The translations under genes were made by a program, and so were the position numbers. From a virus (taxonomy: Duplodnaviria; Caudoviricetes): DNA of 49,049 nucleotides. Below the pieces are notes generated by a model. It had not been told where the DNA came from. It saw only the letters and a list, made by a program, of their open reading frames with translations, and made no database searches. Shown piece by piece: positions 18,755 through 28,082 of the stretch. Numbering within the stretch: the first letter of the stretch is position 1; each line of letters starts with the position of its first letter. The stretch is taken from positions 1-49,049 of IMG/VR virus record IMGVR_UViG_3300020707_000007; one strand, 5' to 3'.

Positions 18755-20732
18755 TGCTTGATTCCTTATCTAAGTTTTGCATCATCTCTATTGACTTAAT
18801 AATCCCATCTACGTGTGCTCTCTTAGCACCGATTTGGGCTTCTAACATAGCTATAGCATGACCAGATTGAACGCCATCTGCTTGTTCAAGTTCCAATACT
18901 GCTTTAGCTTGTAGCTCCGTAATCTTGGCTTGTTGTAGCTCTGCTTCTTGCATGAGCTTGGCAATACCAAGTTTAAATTTGAGTTGGTGATTCATCTGAC
19001 GCTCATCGTTCTTCATCTTCTCGATTTGCATTTTTTCCGATGGGCCTGGCTTGATAGCGTTAGGGCCTTTAGGGTCAGGGAGAATCTGGTCAATAGCGTT
19101 TACTTTGAGTGCATCTAAGTAACGCTTTTGGACTTCATACATATTGAAGCCACCAGAGGATTGTGCTAACTGTAATACGGCTTGTGCTTGCATCTGACGT
19201 TGACTATCTGAAACAACATTAGGGTCGGCAGCAGGTTTAACTAACTTCATATCCATAGAATAGTCGTCAGGCAACACGAATTGTAGTTCATTGTTGTATT
19301 CAAACTCTACTGGCTCACTTGGCAGATAGAGTTGGTTTAGACGATATAGCTTTTGGAATTCTTCTTTCATGGCTCTCCAAGTACGCTTGTAGATACCATT
19401 AAATACTTTCATACCCTGCTCTACTACGTTACGACTTGTCTCAGCAGGAGTATTTTGACCAGGGCTTACGCCTGTCATCATATCGGTTGCACCAGCAATA
19501 CGCTCACCATAGTTGATGAGGAGTTGCAATAATTGGAATGACACACCGTTAGGTTCACGGATAGGCAATGGGAAGATGTTGGCACGTAAGTCATCGCCAG
19601 TACTGTCTACACGTTTCCACTCATGTGGTTTGAATGTGTAGTCGCCACCTTTAATCTTAACGCCACGTCCTAAGAATCCACCACCAGTAACACTCATCGT
19701 ACCAGCATCAATCAACTGGTTAACAATCGTGTTTACCGAATCATTAGTAGGCCCAAGCAATACGCCAAAGCCAAGGTCATAGAATCCACCGTCTGGGCTA
19801 GGTACAAAGCCATACTTTGTGAAGTACTGTTCAGGCTTAATGCGGATAATTTCACCGTTGTGGTACTCAATCGAGTCTTCAAAGTAACGGGCGACAATAC
19901 GGTAGATTTTGCCAGTGTCTCTACGGATGTAGGCAATGTACGGCTCTTTGTATCCATCTTCATCAAAGTCATGCCAAAAGTGAGTTTCAAAAAATTCGTA
20001 AGGGGTATCAGGGTCACCTGATTGCTGACGAACACCTTGTGCGTCTTCTTTAGCTTGGGTAAGCATAGAGACGTTAGGAAGACTAGGTTGTACTTCGTCT
20101 TCTACTTTTAAAAATACGCCACGTACCTGACGCTCGTGCAGGTCGTTGCTTGACAATAGAATTCTATGTGAGACTCTTGGGGATTCTGCAATTGACTTGG
20201 TGTAGTAATTGACAATGAAATCATTAGGAAGAACAAGCTCAGAGACATTATGACCTTTTACTGGGTCAAAGTAAGACTTCTTGATTGCGGTACCAGCAAT
20301 AGCTTGAACCAGCAAAGTCTTGTCAGTGTTCTCTTCCCAACCTTCATCTTCTTCCATTACTTGGTAAGTCATGTGACGGGAGATGCGGTCTGCACGTTTG
20401 TGCATTTCGCCATCGTCATCTTTACCGTACACCTTACATTTGACCACTTCGTTGTTGGAGATTAATGCAGGGTAGGCACGACTATGATACTGCATTGCAG
20501 CAATAGTAATCAAGGGGAACTTCACATTAGAAGCACCAGGCCAAGGGAACGTTTTACGTTCAACTACTTGAAGAGCCAACTTGCTGGCTTTCTCATTACG
20601 CTCTTCCCAATCTAAACGGGAAGTTAAGTCAAGATTGATTTCATCCATCAATCGGAAGCCTAATGAGGATAACTCCTCTGAATCCATATCTTCAGCGATA
20701 TTGGGGGAACGTAGGAGTTCTTCTATTTTCAT
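18708..20732 (-). CDS. Portal protein
   Basis: 674 aa following TerL; PWPGAS, FYDLGFG motifs; C-terminal coiled coil. Confidence 0.85.
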   Translation of the reverse strand: MKIEELLRSPNIAEDMDSEELSSLGFRLMDEINLDLTSRLDWEERNEKASKLALQVVERKTFPWPGASNVKFPLITIAAMQYHSRAYPALISNNEVVKCKVYGKDDDGEMHKRADRISRHMTYQVMEEDEGWEENTDKTLLVQAIAGTAIKKSYFDPVKGHNVSELVLPNDFIVNYYTKSIAESPRVSHRILLSSNDLHERQVRGVFLKVEDEVQPSLPNVSMLTQAKEDAQGVRQQSGDPDTPYEFFETHFWHDFDEDGYKEPYIAYIRRDTGKIYRIVARYFEDSIEYHNGEIIRIKPEQYFTKYGFVPSPDGGFYDLGFGVLLGPTNDSVNTIVNQLIDAGTMSVTGGGFLGRGVKIKGGDYTFKPHEWKRVDSTGDDLRANIFPLPIREPNGVSFQLLQLLINYGERIAGATDMMTGVSPGQNTPAETSRNVVEQGMKVFNGIYKRTWRAMKEEFQKLYRLNQLYLPSEPVEFEYNNELQFVLPDDYSMDMKLVKPAADPNVVSDSQRQMQAQAVLQLAQSSGGFNMYEVQKRYLDALKVNAIDQILPDPKGPNAIKPGPSEKMQIEKMKNDERQMNHQLKFKLGIAKLMQEAELQQAKITELQAKAVLELEQADGVQSGHAIAMLEAQIGAKRAHVDGIIKSIEMMQNLDKESSNDGAGIQGMEELPRN

Positions 20733-20783
20733 TGTTTACCTTGTGAATTCTTTAAAGGAAAATACCACAGGATTGTAGCATAG

Positions 20784-22208
20784 TCAATAGCCTGTATAGA
20801 CTGACTGACCTTCAAATAAACCGCCACCGTATTCTTTTTCGTACTCTTCATCGTCTATTTCTTCTTTAGTCGGTGCCATAGTTACCTTGTCTAAAGCTAG
20901 ACCAATATAGGCTAGTGCATCAACCTGGTCATCGTGCTGACCTCTTGGAAATACCAACATTTCATCTATTAGACCAGCGTACCAGTTCTTGTCCTTATTA
21001 AACCGTACCCCACCAGCCCTCATACGAGCCTGTAATGGTTTAGCACGTTGTTCTTTGTCAACCTTTGGGGTGACTGCGTGTAGGTTAATGTACATTCCCC
21101 GTTTAACCATCTCGGCATTTAAGAACGCATCTAGGGTATGTTTAATCTGCCCTTTCTCTGCTATGAATAGGTTAGGTTCATATTTTTCTTGTATCCAAAA
21201 CATATTTTCGATAATTTCAAAACCATCCCACCTGCCACGTCTTATATCGACTACGTGTACTAATCCTTCTTGGTCGATGCCCGCCACCGCAATAACGGTA
21301 TAGTCAGACTTGGTCTTCTTTGTAATAGCAAAGTCAATTGCCGCATAATACTCAAGGTAATCAGGAGTATCGCTATGAATAAAATCGTCCCTATGAAAAT
21401 AGGCATTTTCAGCGTCGATAGGCTTATTGAGATATTCCTGGCTATATCCATCAGGGTTTCCTTGGTTAATATAGGATTGTCGGATTTCTTCTAGTTTGGC
21501 TTTCCCGAGCTTCTCAGGCCATAGTATCTCGGTAAAGTCTTCATTGTGCGCTGCAAAACGTTCAGAATCCCATAGGCTATCTTTTAATAGGCGTTCTAAG
21601 GCAGAGTCCATGTGTAGTACAGTACCTACCATCCGTATCTTGCAGTATTCTGAGCCGCAAGGGAATAGGTCATTAAACAACCAGTTACGGAACTTCTCAC
21701 GACGCTGTGGGTTCATTACCTGTTCGGCACCCTCGGCATCGTCAATAATGATTAGGTTAGGTCGTTTGCCGTTCCACTGTAGTCCTCGGACTTCTTGTTC
21801 AGAACCTTTAGCTATTATACAAAACTGGTGTCCGTCTAATAACTCAACTACCACCTCAGTCTCGGTGTCCTTTATAAACCGTTTTACCCCAAACTGGGAC
21901 TTGAGTTCTTCATTGACCAGAAGCTCAGTTTTGATATTGGCAAGGAACCTAGCAACCTGTCCTTCGGTCTTGGAGACTAAAAGGATGAAGTCACGGTCAC
22001 GAAAGAGAGCAGACGCTAACGTACCAGAGAATGTAACGGCAGTTGTTTTGGCGGTTCCACGTGGAGCAGCGACTACTACTCTAGAACCTTCTGAACAAAA
22101 CTTATCCCAAAGAACCCTATGAAACGCAGGGATTGCCTTGACTGCATCCATCCGAGGGACAAGAAACACCCTTACAAACCCCTCTATTAACTGTGCGTCT
22201 AGCTTCAT
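20784..22208 (-). CDS. terL: Terminase large subunit
   Basis: Walker A APRGTAKTT, Walker B IIIDD, GTVLH, nuclease AIDFA...SDYT...HDDQVDA. Confidence 0.95.
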   Translation of the reverse strand: MKLDAQLIEGFVRVFLVPRMDAVKAIPAFHRVLWDKFCSEGSRVVVAAPRGTAKTTAVTFSGTLASALFRDRDFILLVSKTEGQVARFLANIKTELLVNEELKSQFGVKRFIKDTETEVVVELLDGHQFCIIAKGSEQEVRGLQWNGKRPNLIIIDDAEGAEQVMNPQRREKFRNWLFNDLFPCGSEYCKIRMVGTVLHMDSALERLLKDSLWDSERFAAHNEDFTEILWPEKLGKAKLEEIRQSYINQGNPDGYSQEYLNKPIDAENAYFHRDDFIHSDTPDYLEYYAAIDFAITKKTKSDYTVIAVAGIDQEGLVHVVDIRRGRWDGFEIIENMFWIQEKYEPNLFIAEKGQIKHTLDAFLNAEMVKRGMYINLHAVTPKVDKEQRAKPLQARMRAGGVRFNKDKNWYAGLIDEMLVFPRGQHDDQVDALAYIGLALDKVTMAPTKEEIDDEEYEKEYGGGLFEGQSVYTGY

Positions 22209-22350
22209 GTAATGCTTTCCTAGTGAAGTCTAACAGGAGTTGCATATCATTCCTAATGCGCCATCCTGCGTCTAACCTTGCTTGTATCTCATCTAATACT
22301 TCTTCCGTTACGGGCCGAGATAAATCCGTGGAAGGGATTATGTTACCCAT
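22117..22350 (-). CDS. Hypothetical protein
   Basis: ORF coupled (TGATG) to upstream gene; overlaps terL start. Confidence 0.4.
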   Translation of the reverse strand: MGNIIPSTDLSRPVTEEVLDEIQARLDAGWRIRNDMQLLLDFTRKALHEARRTVNRGVCKGVSCPSDGCSQGNPCVS

Positions 22351-23030
22351 CATTTGCTTTTTAGATACTCGTTTACTTTATCTAATAATTGTAACTGGTC
22401 TGGTCTATATGCTTCTTTAATCTCTTGTGGCTTCCATTGACCAAAAGTATAACCTCTAAAGTATGAGGGTAAACCCGAACGCTCGTACCACTCTTTATAC
22501 GTGGGGGTGCGTTCTTTAGGGTCTTCTTGCTTCATCCTAATGACTTCGTCTGCGTATTGGCGTTTTAAGTCTTTCTTTTGATTGTCGTCTAAAGACTTCT
22601 CAAAGTCTGAATATATCTTTTTAAGGGTTGGGTCAGTATTGACCATGTGGTGAGAAACAATATCCCCTGCCACATCTTCAGGTCTAGTTGTGGGTTTATA
22701 TACCTCCACCCCTAGTTTATTGATGTCTATATCTTTTGGCCGTGGTCTATCTTTAGAGCCTTCTTCTTTTTGTGGCCAGAATTCCAAGAAAGGAACATCC
22801 GCTTTATCGGTTAATGACTCTTTGTATGCAATTGGCACGGAAGATAGCTTTGGATACATTTCAAGGGCTTTTTCATACCTATTAGGTTCTTTTGCCCTTT
22901 CCATAGCTTGCTGTGCTAGTGGGTTTTGTAGCCCTAATTGGTCACCCATTGGATTACCCATCGGAGGTTGGCTTGCACCGTTTTGGCCGCCCATAAACAA
23001 GCTAGACAAGTAATTATTGATGTAATCCAT
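22350..23030 (-). CDS. Hypothetical protein, first gene of late operon
   Basis: 226-aa ORF; no recognised motif. Confidence 0.6.
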   Translation of the reverse strand: MDYINNYLSSLFMGGQNGASQPPMGNPMGDQLGLQNPLAQQAMERAKEPNRYEKALEMYPKLSSVPIAYKESLTDKADVPFLEFWPQKEEGSKDRPRPKDIDINKLGVEVYKPTTRPEDVAGDIVSHHMVNTDPTLKKIYSDFEKSLDDNQKKDLKRQYADEVIRMKQEDPKERTPTYKEWYERSGLPSYFRGYTFGQWKPQEIKEAYRPDQLQLLDKVNEYLKSK

Positions 23031-23220
23031 ATATAGAGGAGAGTATAACCTCTAAATTTGAAAATTACTATATACGCAGGAAAGCGATATTGATTTTGAG
23101 TGAAAGTCTCATTTTCCTATAGAGAGAGGAAAGTCTAAATTTGAAATTTGGTTGCGTCGTCGGAAGCGTGGTTATAACTATATTAAGCACAATCCGTTTC
23201 CCCCTCCCCTACCCAATACC

Positions 23221-23234
23221 TAGGGTTTACCCTA
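23221..23234. promoter_or_regulatory. Palindromic operator TAGGGTTTACCCTA
   Basis: 6-2-6 palindrome; related sites at 23558-23570 and 30415-30429. Confidence 0.5.
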
Positions 23235-23236
23235 AC

Positions 23237-23252
23237 CTGTATGGATATACAG
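23237..23252. promoter_or_regulatory. LexA (SOS) box
   Basis: CTGTATGGATATACAG = CTGT-N8-ACAG with AT-rich core, intergenic. Confidence 0.7.
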
Positions 23253-23506
23253 CGCTGCCTGGCAAGGGGATAGCATGGTGGGGGGAGTGTGTCTCCTATA
23301 TATAGAGAGAGTAATTAAGGGGTCTCCTTAGCCTAGGGGTAGCCTTGGGGAATTCCCATGAGGGGGCGGGTGACTGTGTAGCTGACCCATACGGGGTAAA
23401 ACGGGGTGAGATATGTCTTACTCTCTATGTATTCCCCTATAGTCTTATTCTCTCTCTATTTAATGGTTTAACTAGGTTTGTATAAGGTTTAATGTCGGCC
23501 GCTTCA

Positions 23507-23570
23507 TAACACTTTGATATTGCTTAAAAAATAGGCAGCGTTGTATCTTTACAACTAAGGGAATATCCCT
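23507..23570. promoter_or_regulatory. Cluster of IHF-like, Fis-like and palindromic sites upstream of early genes
   Basis: TATCAAagtgTTA on minus strand (23507-19), GCTTAAAAAATAGGC (23522-36), GTTGTAtcttTACAAC (23540-55), AGGGAataTCCCT (23558-70). Confidence 0.55.
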
Positions 23571-23657
23571 AGTAAATATATTACAAAAGTTATTTGTATT
23601 GATGTATAGTTCTTACATGGCATCGGGGGATGTCTAATTACTTAAAGGGAATACATC

Positions 23658-23924
23658 ATGCTAGGAATTACTACTAAATACTTGTCACCTACAAACACAA
23701 GGGGAGCACGCATCAAAGCATCTGTATGGAATTGGGCTAAAGATAAAGAAGAGAGCGTAACAATATCTTATCCCCATGCTTTTAGCGGCGAGTTGTGCCA
23801 CTTTGAAGCTGTAAAAGAATTGGTTAAGAAATTAGACTTGCAGGTGTCTATTAACAATATGCGCTTTGGCGGTCTTAAAGATGGATATTGTTTCACCTTT
23901 GAATCTTCTGTAGTAAAGGGTTAA
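23658..23924 (+). CDS. Early hypothetical protein
   Basis: ITTKYL.PTNTRGARIKA motif common in phage early genes; AAGGGA RBS. Confidence 0.7.
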   Translation: MLGITTKYLSPTNTRGARIKASVWNWAKDKEESVTISYPHAFSGELCHFEAVKELVKKLDLQVSINNMRFGGLKDGYCFTFESSVVKG

Positions 23925-23927
23925 ATC

Positions 23928-24026
23928 ATGCGTAAATTATTAGACCAAATTATCAATACTCTTTTGTTCCTTGCGTTAGGTTTTACGCTAGGCTATCTCG
24001 GTGCAGTAGCTTTGACGGGGGTTTAA
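23928..24026 (+). CDS. Small membrane peptide, 32 aa
   Basis: Hand-translated MRKLLDQIINTLLFLALGFTLGYLGAVALTGV; RBS AAGGG. Confidence 0.55.
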   Translation: MRKLLDQIINTLLFLALGFTLGYLGAVALTGV

Positions 24027-24028
24027 TC

Positions 24029-24265
24029 GTGAGTAAATTTATTGTGACATGGGTAAGAATATCCCATTTAGCAGAAGATATAGAGGTGGAAGCGCAAACA
24101 GAGGAACAAGCTAAAAAGATAGCCAGCCAATTATTTACGGGTGGAGAAGAGGTCTACGCAGAAGAGTTTTGTAATGACATAGAAGAGGTTGAAGAAGAAG
24201 AGCAACAAAAGAAAGATGAATGGCTTAGACAGACTAACAAAGAGATAAGAGAGGGGGCAGTATGA
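24029..24265 (+). CDS. Acidic early hypothetical protein
   Basis: VEA.TEEQA motif; GGGGG RBS. Confidence 0.6.
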   Translation: MSKFIVTWVRISHLAEDIEVEAQTEEQAKKIASQLFTGGEEVYAEEFCNDIEEVEEEEQQKKDEWLRQTNKEIREGAV

Positions 24266-24372
24266 CACAGACACAACGCTTTCACTACACACTTACTAGG
24301 GCTTATGGCCGTGGCTTAGTATCAGCCCAACAGATAGCCGAATTAGTAGCCATTTACAGGGGTTTTAAATGA
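24262..24372 (+). CDS. Small hypothetical peptide, 36 aa
   Basis: ATGA coupling at both ends; RBS GAGGGGG. Confidence 0.45.
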   Translation: MTQTQRFHYTLTRAYGRGLVSAQQIAELVAIYRGFK

Positions 24373-24545
24373 GAGTTCCAGCCATACCCATTACAGACCC
24401 ACGGTTCCAGTATGTCCCAGCAGCTAAAACCGACATAAGAGACACATTCAGACGAGCAAGGGAACAAATGCAGACACAGAAAGAGCCTATTCTGAGTCCT
24501 GGGGCGTTTGTTCTACCTGCTGAATGGTTTGAGATTTTGGAGTGA
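24369..24545 (+). CDS. Small hypothetical protein, 58 aa (..DPRFQYVPAAKTDIRDTFRR..)
   Basis: Hand-translated; ATGA coupling. Confidence 0.5.
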   Translation: MRVPAIPITDPRFQYVPAAKTDIRDTFRRAREQMQTQKEPILSPGAFVLPAEWFEILE

Positions 24546-25029
24546 TGTCTATTGCTTCTTGGGTAATGGTTCGCAACTTATCGGCCAATGATTCAATCGT
24601 TACATGGTTTATAGATGTGGCCTTACCCTGTAGCAACTGATTAGCTTTTAATGTTACATCGGCAATTGTGGCGAGGTGATTGGCTTTGACCTTTGTTCTA
24701 ACGTGGCCTTCATTGGGTATATAGGTCTCATCCCCATTTATAAGCCTTTCCCCGATTTCGTCATAGGTCTTATTGATAATCTGCCGCTGTTTAGCTAGTA
24801 GTTCATCCTTATAGTTTAGGAGTATCTCTTCAACCATGTTGTGCCACCAAGACTTATTTTTCCATTGGAATGCTGTTTGATATGGCACATCGTGTTTACG
24901 GCAAACGGCTGCTAAATTGGGGTCTAAAAGGTAATCATTTACAAATGCAAGCCGCTTTTCCTGTGAATAGTTTGAGCCTTCTTCGTTTAAGTATCTTGCT
25001 TCCCATTGTTCGGGGGTCATGTTACCCAT
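24487..25029 (-). CDS. Probable terminase small subunit
   Basis: N-terminal HTH (NLAAVCRKHDVPYQTAFQWK..WW), helical core, IDITP tail. Confidence 0.6.
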   Translation of the reverse strand: MGNMTPEQWEARYLNEEGSNYSQEKRLAFVNDYLLDPNLAAVCRKHDVPYQTAFQWKNKSWWHNMVEEILLNYKDELLAKQRQIINKTYDEIGERLINGDETYIPNEGHVRTKVKANHLATIADVTLKANQLLQGKATSINHVTIESLADKLRTITQEAIDITPKSQTIQQVEQTPQDSE

Positions 25030-25477
25030 TTTCTCTTTCCTTTTGTCCGTAATAAGCAATCAATAGGGCTTCTGCTATGTTATGGTCTTTCTTCTTAAAC
25101 TGCACCGAGGGGAATAAATCTTTTGAAGCCTTTAGTGAGTCCTCTTTACTAGAGACTTCTAGAGCCTTTTTCCATTTAGATGGGGACACAGTATAGACTG
25201 GAATGTTTAAAGCTCCCAAAACGCCTCTAATCGCTCCGTAGGTATCCCCAAATGAGAACACCGATGCTACACCCTGACCAGGCCGTGAAGCTACCCCCTC
25301 AAGATAACATACCAAGTCAGGGTAAACCCTAAGTATGTTGCTTAATTTTTCAGCATCCACTTGTCTTTTGATAAATCCGCTTTTAGTCTGTGTCGGAATG
25401 GTCTCTAGTAGTTCAATGGCCGACCCGTCAATAATGGCAAGTCCTCCGTCTAAACCTGGGTCAATTCCTAATATCAT
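25022..25477 (-). CDS. RuvC-like Holliday junction resolvase
   Basis: ILGIDPG, YLE.V..RPGQGVAS.FSFG, P.KWKK, AEALLIA. Confidence 0.85.
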   Translation of the reverse strand: MILGIDPGLDGGLAIIDGSAIELLETIPTQTKSGFIKRQVDAEKLSNILRVYPDLVCYLEGVASRPGQGVASVFSFGDTYGAIRGVLGALNIPVYTVSPSKWKKALEVSSKEDSLKASKDLFPSVQFKKKDHNIAEALLIAYYGQKERENG

Positions 25478-25638
25478 TTTTTATCCCTACAAGAGCAAAC
25501 TTGACCGCTTGCATCATAACCAATACCAAAACAATGTTTGCACTCTTGATTTTTCTTGAAAATAGCATCCCAATTATCCCGATACTTTTGAGGGTCAGGA
25601 ATTGGTCTAGGTTTGCTGCCTTTACCTCCGTCACTCAT
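25474..25638 (-). CDS. Small protein with C-terminal CxxC..CxC
   Basis: GGKGSKPRP...NWDAIF motif; coupled at both ends. Confidence 0.55.
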   Translation of the reverse strand: MSDGGKGSKPRPIPDPQKYRDNWDAIFKKNQECKHCFGIGYDASGQVCSCRDKK

Positions 25639-25973
25639 TGAAATTCTCTCCCGTGTGTGTTTCCGATTGGATTGATTATCAGGTAATTGTGCGTCATTAG
25701 CCAATGGTAAGTCTTTGCCATAGCCTCAAACCATTCTTGCTTCTTTTCTAAGTAAGTTCCTGCCCCTTGGTCAATCCTTGAATGGCATTTTTGACATAGA
25801 AATGCAATGTAGCAATCGTCAGCTTTTCGTCCCATTCCTTTTCCATGCTCTAGTAAGTTAGAATGAGCAGACACGGTAGTTCCGTATGAACAACAAATTG
25901 CACAGGGCGCATCTTTTGCTAATTTTAGCAACTGAGGGTTACGGTATGGCTTCGTCTTGAGATAACTAGACAT
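25635..25973 (-). CDS. DUF1364/YbcO-like Zn-binding nuclease
   Basis: CAIC...AHSN...GKGMGRKADD...CQKCH..ID. Confidence 0.75.
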   Translation of the reverse strand: MSSYLKTKPYRNPQLLKLAKDAPCAICCSYGTTVSAHSNLLEHGKGMGRKADDCYIAFLCQKCHSRIDQGAGTYLEKKQEWFEAMAKTYHWLMTHNYLIINPIGNTHGREFQ

Positions 25974-26283
25974 TTGCATTAGCCTTTTCCATAGTCTGCC
26001 ATGCTGAAATCTTAATCTTAGCTGCTTCAATTAGGAATCGGAGCTTCTCATCTTCATAGATGGCCTCTTTCATAGCTTCTAAATGTGTAATATATTCAAC
26101 ATTTTTATAAGCCTCTCGTTCTTGAGCATTGACCGCCATATCAAGGTTCTCTGACATGAGTTGAGCCTTAAGGGATTTGCGGTATTCCTCCATATATACC
26201 CTATTAGAACGGTTTACGGCTGCAGCTTCAGCAGAATCACGCAAAAAGTCTAGAGCTTTCTCAATATCACGCTGACTTATCAT
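25966..26283 (-). CDS. Coiled-coil protein (recombination-mediator-like)
   Basis: AQEREAY...WQT.EKAN helical pattern. Confidence 0.45.
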   Translation of the reverse strand: MISQRDIEKALDFLRDSAEAAAVNRSNRVYMEEYRKSLKAQLMSENLDMAVNAQEREAYKNVEYITHLEAMKEAIYEDEKLRFLIEAAKIKISAWQTMEKANANV

Positions 26284-26956
26284 TGTTTGCCTCATAATTT
26301 GCATTGGCAATCTCTACATATTTCTTAAAATCCCCATACCAAGTCTTTTTACCTGTGTGTGACACGTTAATCTCAGGGTGAACGTACACTTTTTCACCTA
26401 AATCACGCCACTTTTGACAGAATGCTACGTCTTCACCAAGTAATTGACCATCTACTACCTTGGTCTCAAATACATGACGATATTCTTTACCGTGGTCGGT
26501 GTATTTTTCTGACGCATCCCACATCATCTTGATTGCACGTTTAGAGATACGCATAAAGCCAGTTCCCACGGCACGAGCATCAATCAAACCATAGTAAAAG
26601 TCATATTTCTTATCAAAGGTCTTGACGTTATAGTGAGATAAATCATTCTTACTGACTACTGCCCCACCAATGACATCCACAGTCGGAGAAATGAGATTGC
26701 CAAAGTCTTTCTGCTCCCATCCCTGGTCAGCATCAATAAAGATAAGGTCATCTACTTCTGCTTCGTAAGCCATACGGAATAGCTCATCTCGTGCCTTTTG
26801 AATCAATGAGCATCCCACAATAGTTTTGAGGGTCATTTCAATTTCATTGAGAATACATAACTCCATAGTCTTGAATATGGAAGTCATAAAGTCTAGTTCT
26901 AGTTTTCCGTCATAGCACGGAGTACCAATCATTATTCTACGGGGTTTATTGTCCAT
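26267..26956 (-). CDS. GT-A fold glycosyltransferase
   Basis: IGTPCY, LIFIDAD (DxD), GTGFM, GEDVAFC, H.G. Confidence 0.85.
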   Translation of the reverse strand: MDNKPRRIMIGTPCYDGKLELDFMTSIFKTMELCILNEIEMTLKTIVGCSLIQKARDELFRMAYEAEVDDLIFIDADQGWEQKDFGNLISPTVDVIGGAVVSKNDLSHYNVKTFDKKYDFYYGLIDARAVGTGFMRISKRAIKMMWDASEKYTDHGKEYRHVFETKVVDGQLLGEDVAFCQKWRDLGEKVYVHPEINVSHTGKKTWYGDFKKYVEIANANYEANNDKSA

Positions 26957-27557
26957 ACCATTCCTTAAAGTATTCTGGTCTATTCTGTTTAATCCAATCT
27001 TTTGGGCCATCTATTAGCTTTTTAAAGTCTCTGCCAATAGACTGTGAGCCTACATGATGCACATAAGACCTTGAAATAAAGTTCAAATAACCTGCTTTAA
27101 TGAGGTCTTTACACATCACATCGTCAGAGAACCAATTTATCGGTGGAAACTTAGCTTGTGCAAATGTTTCTTTATTGATGTAAGCAAATAGCGGTGAGAC
27201 TATTGGTGATTGAAGAATATTCTGTTCAGGTTGATGAGCTATGCTTTGGTGTGGCCTAACCCAATCGGAACGTGCAGCAACAAACCCCAAATTACGTGGG
27301 TGTCGGTTTTTGAGAAAAGTTACATCCTCTACCAATAAGTTATAAGAGTCAGGGTTTACCACTATATCGTCATTAGCAATAATGATTTCGTCGTATTCTC
27401 TAAATGCCAACTCCATGACTGCGTTATAGTCATCCCCAAAGTTACCCATAAACCCTTCAAATATCATTAAATTGACATCTGGGTTATAGATTCTGACGGA
27501 AGTTTGCATCACCGATAAGCTACGAGAGCCTACGGTACACACAACAATAGGTATCAT
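26946..27557 (-). CDS. GT2-like glycosyltransferase
   Basis: IIIANDDIVV, WFSDD, YVHHVGSQS. Confidence 0.75.
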   Translation of the reverse strand: MIPIVVCTVGSRSLSVMQTSVRIYNPDVNLMIFEGFMGNFGDDYNAVMELAFREYDEIIIANDDIVVNPDSYNLLVEDVTFLKNRHPRNLGFVAARSDWVRPHQSIAHQPEQNILQSPIVSPLFAYINKETFAQAKFPPINWFSDDVMCKDLIKAGYLNFISRSYVHHVGSQSIGRDFKKLIDGPKDWIKQNRPEYFKEWYGQ

Positions 27558-27559
27558 AA

Positions 27560-27799
27560 TTATTGCGTGACGATAGGGCTAGGCTTAGGCTCTGCTGGCT
27601 TTAACCATTCTTCTCGTTGGCGTAAGAATTCTTTAGCAAAGGCAAATCCAATAGCAGTCATCTGTTCCATTGGTTTTTCTAATTGCTTGCCAAGGTCACT
27701 TGATACCATAGCTTCAATAACGGCTAGGGCTACCATGTCTGACATCATGGCTGCTTCCATAGGGAAGTCTTTAATAGCATCGGTTTGTTTCTCGCTCAT
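27560..27799 (-). CDS. Hypothetical protein
   Basis: ORF with RBS, coupled. Confidence 0.55.
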   Translation of the reverse strand: MSEKQTDAIKDFPMEAAMMSDMVALAVIEAMVSSDLGKQLEKPMEQMTAIGFAFAKEFLRQREEWLKPAEPKPSPIVTQ

Positions 27800-27993
27800 T
27801 TCTTTTTCCTTTTTTCTAACTTACGTTCATCAATACACGGAACTACATACTTACTAGTGTCAGGCTTCTTACCAATACGGTAATCACCTTCTTCTGCATA
27901 CAATACTTTAATCTTCGGGAAGACCGTCCTGAATGAATCCACTACTTTTGCCGTTTCGGGCATTAACATTCGGTTTTTTGTCTTGCTGTCCAA
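27796..27993 (-). CDS. Hypothetical protein
   Basis: MPETAKVVD.FR.VF...YAEE pattern. Confidence 0.5.
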   Translation of the reverse strand: MDSKTKNRMLMPETAKVVDSFRTVFPKIKVLYAEEGDYRIGKKPDTSKYVVPCIDERKLEKRKKK

Positions 27994-28082
27994 AGCGAAT
28001 CCTTAAAATTCTTGCTACCTCTGGGCCACTTAACGTGGATTTGTAATAGGATGTTTCAAAAATAATTGCGACATCTTCCACA

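Noticed and set aside
20989-22420. Plus-strand ORFs up to 208 aa opposite terL
   Set aside because: Antisense-frame artefacts of the terminase gene
23581-23610. Sigma70 promoter for the early operon (TATAGT at 23605)
   Set aside because: -10 is plausible but the -35 match is poor; not listed as a feature
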